A stretch of DNA of 24,000 bases from Natroniella acetigena (GTDB taxonomy: Bacteria > Bacillota > Halanaerobiia > Halobacteroidales > Halobacteroidaceae). A program made the position numbers and the translations under genes. The stretch lies in NCBI RefSeq assembly GCF_023227745.1, contig NZ_JALKBX010000002.1, forward strand, positions 45,652 through 69,651, given 5' to 3'. Below are positions 8,161 to 17,789 of the stretch, in pieces. How positions within the stretch are numbered: the first letter of the stretch is position 1; the number at the start of each line of letters is the position of its first letter. Below the pieces are notes generated by a model that worked only from the letters and a program-made list of their open reading frames with translations, had not been told where the DNA came from and ran no database searches.

Positions 8161-9069
8161 CTAAAAGTTTAATAGCTTATTAAAAAAACCTTTAATCCCT
8201 TTAGACTCTTTTTCTTTCACCTCTTTATCTAATAATTTAGCAACTATTTGATTGGTGCTTTTTACTACTTGGGCTTTAGGAAATTCTAAAAAAAATGGTC
8301 TTCTCCTTCTAACTGCTTTAGTTACTGCTTTATCAGTAGGTAAAACCCCCAATAAATTTATTTCAAGCTTTAAAAAATCATGAGCAGTTTTAACTAATCT
8401 ATCTGCCACCTTATTTCCTTCCTTACTATTCTCTGCTTGATTAACTACTAATCTAATAGTGGCTCCTTGATCATGTTTAGCAATTACCTTTATTACTCCA
8501 TAGGCATCAGTAATCGATGTAGGTTCTGGAGTAGAGATGATAATTACTTCATCCGCTGCTAAAACAAATTTAATAACATTGTTTGTTAAACCAGCACCTG
8601 TATCGATTAGAATAATATCGAACTTTTGATCTATTTTATTCCAACAATTGATTAAATTATTAATCTGATACGAAGATAGATTAGCTAATTCTTCTAATCC
8701 AGATCCCCCCGGAATTAAAGCTAAACCATCAGGACCATCTACAATTATCTCTCCTAACTCCTTTTCCCCTCCGATAACATGGCTTAAATTGTAGGTAGGA
8801 CTGACACCCAAAATAACATCTAGATTGGCCATTCCTAGATCAGCATCAATAACCATCACTTTTTTTCCTTCTTGTTGCAATCCTAAAGCTAAATTAGCAG
8901 TGAAATTTGATTTACCTACGCCACCCTTACCACTTGTTACAGCATAGACATAAGCTGAACCCTCTTTTTTTATTCCGTTATCTTTTGTTAATTTTTCCTT
9001 GTTTTTCCCTTCAGGCTTCTCTTTCATACTCTGGACTAAATTTCTCAACTTTTCTGCTTGATCTGTCAT
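8161..9069 (-). CDS. flhG: MinD/ParA-type ATPase FlhG (YlxH), regulator of flagellar number and placement
   Basis: 302-aa ORF. N-terminal DQAEKLR (the DQAxxLR FlhF-activating motif), deviant Walker A SGKGGVGKS, and a C-terminal amphipathic helix GIKGFFNKLLNF. Its ATG overlaps the flhF stop (ATGA). Confidence 0.92.
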   Translation of the reverse strand: MTDQAEKLRNLVQSMKEKPEGKNKEKLTKDNGIKKEGSAYVYAVTSGKGGVGKSNFTANLALGLQQEGKKVMVIDADLGMANLDVILGVSPTYNLSHVIGGEKELGEIIVDGPDGLALIPGGSGLEELANLSSYQINNLINCWNKIDQKFDIILIDTGAGLTNNVIKFVLAADEVIIISTPEPTSITDAYGVIKVIAKHDQGATIRLVVNQAENSKEGNKVADRLVKTAHDFLKLEINLLGVLPTDKAVTKAVRRRRPFFLEFPKAQVVKSTNQIVAKLLDKEVKEKESKGIKGFFNKLLNF

Positions 9070-10148
9070 AACTCAAACCCCTTAACAATATCAGCAGCTA
9101 ATTCATCAGATTCAGCTATCTTTATATCTTCTGGTACATCTTGTCCTAATGTAACATACGATAAGGGTTTTTCAGCTTTAGTCATCACCTCAAAAATAAT
9201 TCCTAACGAATTAGTTTCATCAATTTTAGTAATAATCAATTTATCTAAATCAATCTTTTGATAAGTATCAATTACCTCCATTGCATCCGTTATCTTAGTT
9301 GTAGCACTCAATACTAAATAAACCTCATCAATTGGAGCCTTTTTGATGAAGCTTTTTAATTCTGACATATGAACTTGGTTATTTTGACTTCTCCCAGCAG
9401 TATCAATTAGTATTAGATCATATCCTTGATAGTTTTCAATTGCTGTTACTAACTCTTGAGGGGTAAATACAACTTCTAAAGGTAGATCGATAATTTCACT
9501 ATAAGTTTTTAACTGATCAACTGCTGAAATACGATAAGTATCAGCTGTAATCAAACCTACCTTTTTATCTTCAAATAAAGCAAAATTAGCAGCTAATTTT
9601 GCCAACGTAGTAGTCTTGCCGACACCAGTTGACCCAACCAATGCTACTACTTTTGTTTCTCCATCTTCTAGTTGAATAGGTTCTATATTATCCAGTTGTC
9701 CTGTCAGCTCTTCTTGTAAGATTTCTTTGACCCCTTCTTGATCTTCTAAGGTAGGAGCTTCTAATCTTCTTACAATCTTACCAGCTAATTCATGGGCTGT
9801 ATCATGACTGACTCCAATCTCCAATAATGCTTCAATTAATTCTTGAAAACTTTGCTTAGACATTAAAGATAAATTTTGTTGACGATTATTCTCCATCTCT
9901 CCCATTAAATTATTCATCATACCCTTCATCTCTTTCAATTCACGCTCTAATTGATTATCTTCTCTCTGTTTACTTCTTTTTCCTTCAGTACTGGCTAAAA
10001 CTTCAACCATCTCCTTTGCAAATAATCCAAAAACCCCTCCTTGTTTAAACTTACGAGTATGAAGAATAACAGCATCAGAACCTAAGTCAGACTTAACTTT
10101 AGCAACTATTTCTTGCATATTCTCTCCACGATATTTTTTGATCTTCAT
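9066..10148 (-). CDS. flhF: SRP-like GTPase FlhF
   Basis: 360-aa ORF with G1 GSTGVGKTTT, G3 DTAGR and G4 TKIDET. Lies between flhA and flhG. Confidence 0.93.
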   Translation of the reverse strand: MKIKKYRGENMQEIVAKVKSDLGSDAVILHTRKFKQGGVFGLFAKEMVEVLASTEGKRSKQREDNQLERELKEMKGMMNNLMGEMENNRQQNLSLMSKQSFQELIEALLEIGVSHDTAHELAGKIVRRLEAPTLEDQEGVKEILQEELTGQLDNIEPIQLEDGETKVVALVGSTGVGKTTTLAKLAANFALFEDKKVGLITADTYRISAVDQLKTYSEIIDLPLEVVFTPQELVTAIENYQGYDLILIDTAGRSQNNQVHMSELKSFIKKAPIDEVYLVLSATTKITDAMEVIDTYQKIDLDKLIITKIDETNSLGIIFEVMTKAEKPLSYVTLGQDVPEDIKIAESDELAADIVKGFEL

Positions 10149-10149
10149 T

Positions 10150-12225
10150 TTATAACCTCACCATCCCTACTGTCTGGACATTAAGATAAGGTTCTAGTTC
10201 ATTAAACGATAATACAACTAAATTAGGTGCTATCTGTTGCGTCAATTCTTTGAAATGATACCTAATAATCGGAGCAGTCAATACAATTGGCTCATAACCT
10301 TGATTAGTTACTTTTTCTACTTCCTGGGCCAAATTATTTAAGATCTGCTGGGTTGTATTAGGTTCGAGTGCTAAATAAGAACCTTGTTCAGTATGCTCCA
10401 TTGCTTCAGAAAGTTTTTCTTCTAGCTGTGGTGCCAATGTAATTACGTAAATATTGCCATTATCATCCTTATACTCTTTAGAAATATGCCGAGCCAACGC
10501 ATCCTGTCTAACATATTCAGTTAAGATCTTCGTATCTTGTGTATTTCTTGCCTGATCAGCAAGCACCTCTAGAATTGAAACTAAATCTCTAATTGAAATA
10601 CTTTCTTTTAATAAATTCTGTAAGACCTTCTGTACCTGCCCTACCGATAATAAATCAGGAATCAACTCCTCAACAACTGCTGAATGATCCTCTTTAACAT
10701 TATCGATTAGCTCTTTAACCTCTTGTCTTCCTAGCAACTCATAAGCATGTGACTTAACCAATTCAGTCAAATGAGTTGCTACCACAGAAGGAGGATCAAC
10801 TATTGTATAACCTGCCATTTCTGCCTTTTCTTTCTCATCCTCATCAATCCATAAAGCAGGCAGACCAAATGCTGGCTCTGTCGTCTCTATCCCTTCAATC
10901 TCTTCTGTAGCCATTCCAGAGTCCATTGCTAAATATTTATCAACTAAAATTTCATGCTCTGCTATCTCAATCCCACGTAGATTAACCCGATAATAGGTCG
11001 GCTCTAACTGCATATTATCTCTAATTCTAATTGGAGGAATCACAATTCCTAACTCTAGAGCACACTGCCTTCTGATCATGGAGACTCGATCTAATAAATC
11101 TCCTCCCTGTTCAGGTACTACGAGAGGAATTAGATTATATCCTACCTCTACCTCCATTGGATCAACCTGCAATAATTGAGTTATATTCTCTTGTTCTCGA
11201 TACTCTTCAACCTCTTCCTCTTCCACAGCAGCTACCTCTTCTTGTACCTCTTGAACAGAAGCATTATGTAAAAGGTAACCTAATCCCCCTGCTAAAATAG
11301 CCAATAACAAAAAAGGGAATGTCGGTAACGGACTAAAAGCCCCTAAGACAAATAAAACTACTGCAACCAATACTAAACTTTTAGGCTGGGCCAATAACTG
11401 CTTAGTAAAGTCTTGACCTAAATTTCCTTCTGAAGCTGCTCTAGTTACAACAATACCGGTTGCTGTAGAGATCAATAAAGCAGGAACCTGACTGACCAAA
11501 CCATCACCAACAGTCAATAATGTATATGTCTGTAATGCATCTGTGATTGGCATTCCTAGCTGAATAACCCCAATAACTAATCCACCTAAAACATTGATTA
11601 AAGTAATTATAATCCCTGCTATTGCATCACCTTTTACAAACTTACTGGCACCATCCATTGCTCCATAAAAGTCTGCTTCCTGGCGAATCTCTTCTCTTTT
11701 CTGCCTTGCTTCAGCTTCGGTAATCAATCCTGAATTCAGATCAGCATCAATACTCATCTGCTTACCAGGCATAGCATCTAAAGTAAAACGGGCTGAAACT
11801 TCTGCTACCCTTTCAGCCCCTTTAGTAATTACAATAAATTGAATTGCAACTAAAATAATAAAAATAACAAACCCTACTACATAATTCCCACCAACAACAA
11901 AGTCTCCAAAGGCCTCTATTACATTTCCAGCATCTGCTTGGCCCAAAATCAATCGGGTAGTAGAGACATTCAATGCTAATCTAAACAGTGTAGCTATTAA
12001 TAATAATGATGGAAAAACAGACAACTCTAAAGGATTTACTAAATACATCGAAACTAACAGAATAGTTAGCCCTAAACTGATATTTAGCGTTAATAAAAGA
12101 TCCAATAAAGCTGTCGGTAAAGGAATAATAAACATTATTACTACCATAATTACTGCCACTGCAAAGATAACATCATTATATTGGGCCAAATTACTCTGTT
12201 GAATTCTTTCTAAGGGTGTCGCCAC
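10150..12225 (-). CDS. flhA: Flagellar type III export gate protein FlhA
   Basis: 691-aa ORF with a multi-TM N-terminal domain, the conserved FHIPEP-type segment (GAERVAEVSARFTLDAMPGKQMSIDADL) and a large cytoplasmic C-domain. GTG start 8 nt after AGGAGG. Confidence 0.97.
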   Translation of the reverse strand: MATPLERIQQSNLAQYNDVIFAVAVIMVVIMFIIPLPTALLDLLLTLNISLGLTILLVSMYLVNPLELSVFPSLLLIATLFRLALNVSTTRLILGQADAGNVIEAFGDFVVGGNYVVGFVIFIILVAIQFIVITKGAERVAEVSARFTLDAMPGKQMSIDADLNSGLITEAEARQKREEIRQEADFYGAMDGASKFVKGDAIAGIIITLINVLGGLVIGVIQLGMPITDALQTYTLLTVGDGLVSQVPALLISTATGIVVTRAASEGNLGQDFTKQLLAQPKSLVLVAVVLFVLGAFSPLPTFPFLLLAILAGGLGYLLHNASVQEVQEEVAAVEEEEVEEYREQENITQLLQVDPMEVEVGYNLIPLVVPEQGGDLLDRVSMIRRQCALELGIVIPPIRIRDNMQLEPTYYRVNLRGIEIAEHEILVDKYLAMDSGMATEEIEGIETTEPAFGLPALWIDEDEKEKAEMAGYTIVDPPSVVATHLTELVKSHAYELLGRQEVKELIDNVKEDHSAVVEELIPDLLSVGQVQKVLQNLLKESISIRDLVSILEVLADQARNTQDTKILTEYVRQDALARHISKEYKDDNGNIYVITLAPQLEEKLSEAMEHTEQGSYLALEPNTTQQILNNLAQEVEKVTNQGYEPIVLTAPIIRYHFKELTQQIAPNLVVLSFNELEPYLNVQTVGMVRL

Positions 12226-12227
12226 TC

Positions 12228-13289
12228 TTACGACCTCCTTTCCTCATCCAATTGATACACATAAGCTAAGATTTCTGCTACAGCTTGATATAATTCATAT
12301 GGTATCTCGTCACCAATCTCGACCAACTTATATAATGCTCTTGCTAAAGGCTTCTCCTCTACAATCTCGATCTCATTCTCTGTAGCTACTTCCTTAATTC
12401 TTTGTGCAATCTCTCCTTGACCCTTAGCTATCAAGATTGGAACTTCCATTGTTTCCAAATCAAATTTAACAGCTACAGCAATATGAGTTGGGTTAGTAAT
12501 AACTACATCCGCTTCCGGTACCTCTTGCATCATCCTACTCATAGCCATCTCTTGTTGTTTCTGTTTACGCTTCGATTTGACCTCTGGACTACCTTCCATC
12601 TGTTTTCTCTCTTCTTTAACCTCTTGTTTAGTCATCTTCAATTGTTGCTCATGCTCCCACTTTTGATAAATCAAATCAATAATCCCTATCACAATCATAA
12701 AAGCACTGACTCTCATTGCTAAAGAAAAGGCCGTATCACCGATTAATTCTAAAGCATGATTTAAGCCAACTGTAGTTAATAATAGGTACTGGCTTAAGAC
12801 ATCTCTAATAGTTAAGTATGATATATAAGTAATAATTCCTACTTTTGCTAAAGATTTAATCAATTCTACAAAAGTCCGCTTAGAAAAGAGCTGCTTGGCC
12901 CCTTCAATCGGGTTCAATTTATTTAATTTAGGGACTAAAACCTTAGGAGTAAACAAAAAACCGATCTGTAAATAGGTAATAGTTACCCCTACTGCAGTAA
13001 CTATCAGCAAAATTGGTGCTATTAATCTAAATCCTAAAAACCCTATTTCTAATAATAAATTATAAAAGTTATTGGCAGTTATCTCCATTGTAAGATAACT
13101 TGCAAATGATTTATAAGTAAACTCTATAATCTGCTCTATTAAATATCTCATTAAAAAATATAAAACTATAAAACTGAATAATAAAGTAAACGCACTATTT
13201 AGCTCCTTACTACTTGCTACTTGACCTTCTTCTCTAGCTTCTTGTCTCCGTTTGGGGGTGGGATCTTCCGTTTTTTCTTCTTCAGGCAT
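12228..13289 (-). CDS. flhB: Flagellar export switch protein FlhB
   Basis: 353-aa ORF. N-terminal EEKTEDPTPKRRQEAREEGQV and the autocleavage motif NPTH (VITNPTHIAVA). Confidence 0.96.
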   Translation of the reverse strand: MPEEEKTEDPTPKRRQEAREEGQVASSKELNSAFTLLFSFIVLYFLMRYLIEQIIEFTYKSFASYLTMEITANNFYNLLLEIGFLGFRLIAPILLIVTAVGVTITYLQIGFLFTPKVLVPKLNKLNPIEGAKQLFSKRTFVELIKSLAKVGIITYISYLTIRDVLSQYLLLTTVGLNHALELIGDTAFSLAMRVSAFMIVIGIIDLIYQKWEHEQQLKMTKQEVKEERKQMEGSPEVKSKRKQKQQEMAMSRMMQEVPEADVVITNPTHIAVAVKFDLETMEVPILIAKGQGEIAQRIKEVATENEIEIVEEKPLARALYKLVEIGDEIPYELYQAVAEILAYVYQLDEERRS

Positions 13290-13293
13290 CAGT

Positions 13294-14079
13294 TCATCCT
13301 CTTTCTATCATTAAATTTAAAATTTGATATAACTCATCAAACCGCTCCATAAATAAATTTTGCATAAACCCAAGATAATTTGGCAAAATAAAACCCAAAA
13401 TAACCAAGCCAACAAAGACCTTAGTCGGTAAACCCAGCATAAAGACATTCATCTGCGGAACAGTTCGAGCAACCAGACCAAAAGCAAGATCAACAATAAA
13501 CACAATCGCCATGATTGGTAAAGCAATCTGGAAAGCTAGCGGAAATAGATCACCAATAATTCTTAATACTGCCCTTAAAAACTGTGGTGATGACTGAAAA
13601 TTAGTCACTTGAACCAGTTTAAAACTATCGGACAATAATCTCAATTGATAATGATGAGCATCAATTGACAAAAAAAGCAAGGTAGCTAATACATTCTTAA
13701 ATTGCCCTATCAAAGGAGCTTGAATCCCATGTAATGGATCCATAACACTGGCCATCATAAATCCCATCTTCCGATCAATAAATATTCCGGCTAACTGAAC
13801 AGTAATAAATGTTAATTGCAAAAGAAATCCAACTAGTAATCCGATAAATAACTCAATTACCAGTTGAAATCCGACCACTAATAGTTGTTCCGGGACTCCA
13901 ATTCCTTCCCACGACAGAGTCGGAAATAAGACAAAGACGATCAAGACTGCAAATCCAACCCGTAACCTGCGTGGCAAAACCTCACTGCCAAAGATAGGAG
14001 CAACTGCAAAAAATCCTATTATCCGGGCTAATACTAAACTAAACTGATATACTTGAGTCAACAATTCTACTTCTTCCAT
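13294..14079 (-). CDS. fliR: Flagellar export apparatus protein FliR
   Basis: 261-aa polytopic membrane ORF positioned between fliQ and flhB. Confidence 0.9.
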   Translation of the reverse strand: MEEVELLTQVYQFSLVLARIIGFFAVAPIFGSEVLPRRLRVGFAVLIVFVLFPTLSWEGIGVPEQLLVVGFQLVIELFIGLLVGFLLQLTFITVQLAGIFIDRKMGFMMASVMDPLHGIQAPLIGQFKNVLATLLFLSIDAHHYQLRLLSDSFKLVQVTNFQSSPQFLRAVLRIIGDLFPLAFQIALPIMAIVFIVDLAFGLVARTVPQMNVFMLGLPTKVFVGLVILGFILPNYLGFMQNLFMERFDELYQILNLMIERG

Positions 14080-14094
14080 ACTTACTCCACCTTA

Positions 14095-14364
14095 CTATCC
14101 GACATAACTGGGAATATTAATAAACAACTCACTAACAAAATCCAATAGAACATTTAACATCCAGGGACCAAAGACCATCAAAGCCACTAAAACAGCCAAA
14201 ATTTTGGGGATAAAACTTAAAGTCTGCTCCTGAATCTGAGTCGTTGCTTGAAAAATACTGACTATTAAACCTGCTAACATTCCTAGTAATAACATCGGTG
14301 CTGCTACTTGAATAGTTACCAGCAGTGCTTTACGTCCAATTTCAATTACTAAAGTTTGACTCAT
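14095..14364 (-). CDS. fliQ: Flagellar export apparatus protein FliQ
   Basis: 89-aa two-TM ORF with the typical FliQ sequence (LLVTIQVAAPMLL..LIVSIFQATTQIQEQTLSFIPK). Confidence 0.93.
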   Translation of the reverse strand: MSQTLVIEIGRKALLVTIQVAAPMLLLGMLAGLIVSIFQATTQIQEQTLSFIPKILAVLVALMVFGPWMLNVLLDFVSELFINIPSYVG

Positions 14365-14382
14365 CTACTCTCCGCTCCTTAA

Positions 14383-15153
14383 TTAAAAAGTCTCAACTAA
14401 AGACCTAATTACTAAATACCACCCATCGACTAATACAAATAATAGTACTTTAAAGGGGAGAGAAATCATAACTGGTGGCAACATCATCATCCCCATTGAC
14501 ATCAAAACACTAGCTACAATCATATCGATTACTATAAACGGAATATAAATAATAAATCCGATTTGAAAAGCGGTCCTCAATTCACTGGTTATAAATGCTG
14601 GTATTAAAGTAAAAGTTGGTACATCCTCTTGATTATTAGGTCGTTCTAATTCTGACATATTAATAAATAAAGCAATATCCTTCTCTCGAGTATTGCTAAA
14701 CATAAACTCCCTTAATGGATCTAAAGTATTCTCTAAAGCTACGCTCTGTTCAATCTCTTCTGCCAAATAAGGTTGTACAGCTTCTTGATTAATTTGACCC
14801 CAGACAGGTGACATCACATAAATTGTCAAAAAGATTGCTAAACCAATTAAAACCTGATTGGGAGGCATAGTCTGTGTTGCTAATCCTCTCCGCAACAAAG
14901 ATAAAACTACAATAATTCTAGTAAATGATGTCAACAGGATCAAAATTGCCGGTGCTAAAGTTAGTACCGTTAGTAATATTAAAATCTGTAATGAATTCGC
15001 CAGATCTTGTGGTTCTTCTGTACCTTCCCCAATCTGAATATCTAAGTTCGGTAGATTAAATTCGGTAACTGCTAAAGCACTACTCTGGACTAAGACTAAT
15101 CCCAGCAAAACTAATGTAATAATTATTAGATACTTACTCCTCATTAAATCCAT
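14383..15153 (-). CDS. fliP: Flagellar export apparatus protein FliP
   Basis: 256-aa ORF with a signal-like N-terminus and conserved FliP blocks (LTSFTRIIVVLSLLRRGLATQTMPPNQVLIGLAIFLT and FKVLLFVLVDGW). Overlaps the fliO end by 20 nt. An alternative ATG at 15144 is possible. Confidence 0.94.
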   Translation of the reverse strand: MDLMRSKYLIIITLVLLGLVLVQSSALAVTEFNLPNLDIQIGEGTEEPQDLANSLQILILLTVLTLAPAILILLTSFTRIIVVLSLLRRGLATQTMPPNQVLIGLAIFLTIYVMSPVWGQINQEAVQPYLAEEIEQSVALENTLDPLREFMFSNTREKDIALFINMSELERPNNQEDVPTFTLIPAFITSELRTAFQIGFIIYIPFIVIDMIVASVLMSMGMMMLPPVMISLPFKVLLFVLVDGWYLVIRSLVETF

Positions 15154-15463
15154 CCTTACCCTTTTTGAAAAGATTTAATAATCCGACCTCTTTCTCAATT
15201 ACTAAAGAATCAACAGCTAGATCAACCTCTTTAATAAACTCTAATTTCTCTTTAGTACCAGAGACTAGCCAAACTTGGTCAACTACCTTAATTAAGTATA
15301 ACGTCTGATTACTATTCAGATAACAACGCTCTAACACCTTAATCTGGTCGGTCTGATTTAATAGACCTTGCTTTCCTTGTAAAAATTTAATTATTAAATA
15401 AAATAATCCTAAAATAGCTCCTAATGTAATCAATACTTTGATAATTTCCAACCCATAGGACAT
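15134..15463 (-). CDS. fliO: FliO/FliZ-type small flagellar export chaperone membrane protein
   Basis: 109-aa ORF with a single N-terminal TM (IIKVLITLGAILGLFYLII). Sits immediately upstream of fliP, as fliZ/fliO do. Confidence 0.7.
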   Translation of the reverse strand: MSYGLEIIKVLITLGAILGLFYLIIKFLQGKQGLLNQTDQIKVLERCYLNSNQTLYLIKVVDQVWLVSGTKEKLEFIKEVDLAVDSLVIEKEVGLLNLFKKGKDGFNEE

Positions 15464-15479
15464 AATATCAATCCTTAAT

Positions 15480-16643
15480 TTATAATTTCTTCAATCGCTC
15501 TTCAGCACTGACAATATCTGTAACCCTGAACCCAAAGTTCTCATCAATCACAACTACCTCACCTTTAGCAATCAATTTTCCATTAACCAATAGATCAACT
15601 GCTTCCCCTGCTAACCTATCTAACTCAATCACAGAACCAGGACCTAAATCAAGAATTTCTTTAATCGACATTCTGGTCTTACCTAATCTAACAGTCAATT
15701 CCAATGGTACATCATAAATCAAGCTAATATCATTATTTAAATCACTAGCCAATTGTCCTCCTAATTGCTCAAACTCAACACCTTCGACTTCAACATCTGG
15801 CTGAGGACTCATTGCTGAAGGTTGCTGAGGTTGGCCCTGTTGGGGCTGACTTCTCATTTGGGTTTGAGGTTGCTGTTGTTGGGAATTAACCTGAGTTTGT
15901 TGCTGTTGGGATTGTTGTGGTTGAACTTCTTCAACTTCTGGCTCTTCCTCTTGATTATCACCCATTAAGCCCTCTACTAGCTGTTTAGCAAAAGCCATAG
16001 TCATTATCTGTATGATTTGACTATCTATCAAATCTCCAATATGCATATTAAATGCTACCTGAACAATATCATCATCCCCTGAAATACCTTCCAAATCAAC
16101 ATGATCGCTACTTAATTCCAATAGTTCAGCATTTGGAGGAGAGATATTAATCTTATTACCCTCAAAAAAGTCTGACATCGATGTAGCAGCAGACCCCATC
16201 ATCTGATTCATTGCTTCACCTACAGCACTGATATGTAACTCACTCAATTCACTTGGAGGCTCCGTTCCATCTCCGCCCATCATTAAGTCAGCAATAATAG
16301 CAGCATCTTCTGTTTCAACGATTAATTGATTACTTCCTTGCAATCCTTCTACATATTGGACATCAACTAAAATACACGGTCTAACATAACCCTCCACCAA
16401 TCGATTAATTGTACTTAATGATACTTCTGGAGCTGTAATTTCTACTTTTTGATCTAATAGTCCATATAAAGCTGTAGCAGCAGACCCCATCGAGATATTA
16501 GCAACTTCCCCAATTGCATCCTTTTCTAACGGACTTAATAGCTCTTTGCTTTCATCTATTTGATCTCCTGGTACATCATTTATATTATTTTCTTCTAATA
16601 AAGCACTAATTTCATCTTGAGATAACATTTCATCACTCATCAT
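15480..16643 (-). CDS. fliY: Flagellar switch protein FliY (CheC-like phosphatase domains fused to a FliN/SpoA C-terminus)
   Basis: N-terminal CheY-docking motif MSDEMLSQDEISALL and CheC-like repeats (DAIGEVANISMGSAATAL and SAVGEAMNQMMGSAATSM). A Gln/Pro-rich linker precedes the C-terminal FliN block (LELTVRLGKTRMSIKEILDLGPGSVIELD...GKLIAKGEVVVIDENFGFRV). The start is placed at the ATG ATG preceded by GGGAGGAGG. The longest ORF reaches 16670 but lies inside the fliM 3' end. Confidence 0.9.
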   Translation of the reverse strand: MMSDEMLSQDEISALLEENNINDVPGDQIDESKELLSPLEKDAIGEVANISMGSAATALYGLLDQKVEITAPEVSLSTINRLVEGYVRPCILVDVQYVEGLQGSNQLIVETEDAAIIADLMMGGDGTEPPSELSELHISAVGEAMNQMMGSAATSMSDFFEGNKINISPPNAELLELSSDHVDLEGISGDDDIVQVAFNMHIGDLIDSQIIQIMTMAFAKQLVEGLMGDNQEEEPEVEEVQPQQSQQQQTQVNSQQQQPQTQMRSQPQQGQPQQPSAMSPQPDVEVEGVEFEQLGGQLASDLNNDISLIYDVPLELTVRLGKTRMSIKEILDLGPGSVIELDRLAGEAVDLLVNGKLIAKGEVVVIDENFGFRVTDIVSAEERLKKL

Positions 16644-17643
16644 CTTCCTCCTCCCACTCATCTTGATCATCTATTGTCGAAATAATTTCAACAGCTAAAT
16701 TACTACCCTTTCTACCTGGCTTAGCTTCAAATTTTCTACGTTTGCTAACATGCACCTTCAAATTATCTTCTACTTTAGTATCTAATTTAATAACATCCCC
16801 TTGATTTAATTCCAACAACTGACCAACAGTAATACTTGCTCTTCCTAGTTCAGCTATTACTGGTAATTTAGCTTTTCCTAATCTCTTCTTTAGTTTTTCT
16901 AGCGTTTCAGTAGTAGAACCTTTCCTTGATGTTGAAAACCAATATTGAGCACTCAACTTAGAGACAATTGGTTCTAACACTATGTAAGGAATACAAATAT
17001 TAATTAAGCCTTCAACTTCCCCAATTACTGTTTCTATAGTAGCTAAAATCACCATGTCATTACTGGGAACAATTTGAGTAAATTGTGGATTAGATTCCAA
17101 CTCCTTAAGGCGTGGTCTCAAATCAACCACATTTTCCCATGCTTCACTAAAATTATTTAAGATCCGTTTATTGATCTTCTTTAATACTACTTCTTCAATA
17201 TCAGTAAATTCTCTACTCCTGTCTAAAGAACCACCTTCTCCCCCAAAGAGCCTCTCAACAATAGTATATGCTATCTTAGGATTCATCTCAATAATAAACT
17301 CTCCATGAAGAGGATAAAAATCACAAACCGACATGATTGTAGGTTGTGGTAAAGAACGAATAAATTCATCATAAGATAACTGCTCAATCGATGTCAATTC
17401 AGACTTAACCATAGTCCTTAATTGCGTAGAGATTGAAGTAGTTAACAACCGACAAAAACCTTCATAAATCATCCTTAAAGTTCTTAGCTGATCTTTAGAC
17501 AATTTGTTGGGATGTTTAAAATCATAAACCTCTATTACCTCTTCTGCTTCTTGTTTTAATTCATCTGCTTCTACTTTTCCAGATGATACAGCGTCCAATA
17601 ACGAATCAATTTCATTTTGGGATAAAACTCTATTTGATGACAT
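16633..17643 (-). CDS. fliM: Flagellar switch protein FliM
   Basis: 336-aa ORF. N-terminal CheY-P binding motif VLSQNEIDSLL, a central FliM domain, and a C-terminal SpoA-like segment (LPVIAELGRASITVGQLLELNQGDVIKLD). Confidence 0.96.
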   Translation of the reverse strand: MSSNRVLSQNEIDSLLDAVSSGKVEADELKQEAEEVIEVYDFKHPNKLSKDQLRTLRMIYEGFCRLLTTSISTQLRTMVKSELTSIEQLSYDEFIRSLPQPTIMSVCDFYPLHGEFIIEMNPKIAYTIVERLFGGEGGSLDRSREFTDIEEVVLKKINKRILNNFSEAWENVVDLRPRLKELESNPQFTQIVPSNDMVILATIETVIGEVEGLINICIPYIVLEPIVSKLSAQYWFSTSRKGSTTETLEKLKKRLGKAKLPVIAELGRASITVGQLLELNQGDVIKLDTKVEDNLKVHVSKRRKFEAKPGRKGSNLAVEIISTIDDQDEWEEEDDE

Positions 17644-17710
17644 GAATCTACCCCCTACTTAATTAAAAAACAGAATTAACAATCACTAAAATCTATAGTT
17701 GAAATCATTA

Positions 17711-17776
17711 TCATTCTTCTGTCTTAGCTTTGATCAACTCGTCTATCTCCTCTTGAGATAGAACCTCATCAGACAT
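17711..17776 (-). CDS. Candidate 21-aa micro-protein consisting of a CheY-P docking motif (MSDEVLSQEEIDELIKAKTEE)
   Basis: ATG at 17776-17774 and TGA at 17713-17711. AGGAGG lies 7 nt upstream of the ATG, overlapping the end of fliL. The peptide matches the LSQxEIDxL N-terminal motif of FliM and FliY. It is too short for the supplied ORF track and was found by translating the fliL-fliM gap. Confidence 0.45.
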   Translation of the reverse strand: MSDEVLSQEEIDELIKAKTEE

Positions 17777-17789
17777 CCTTATCCCTCCT

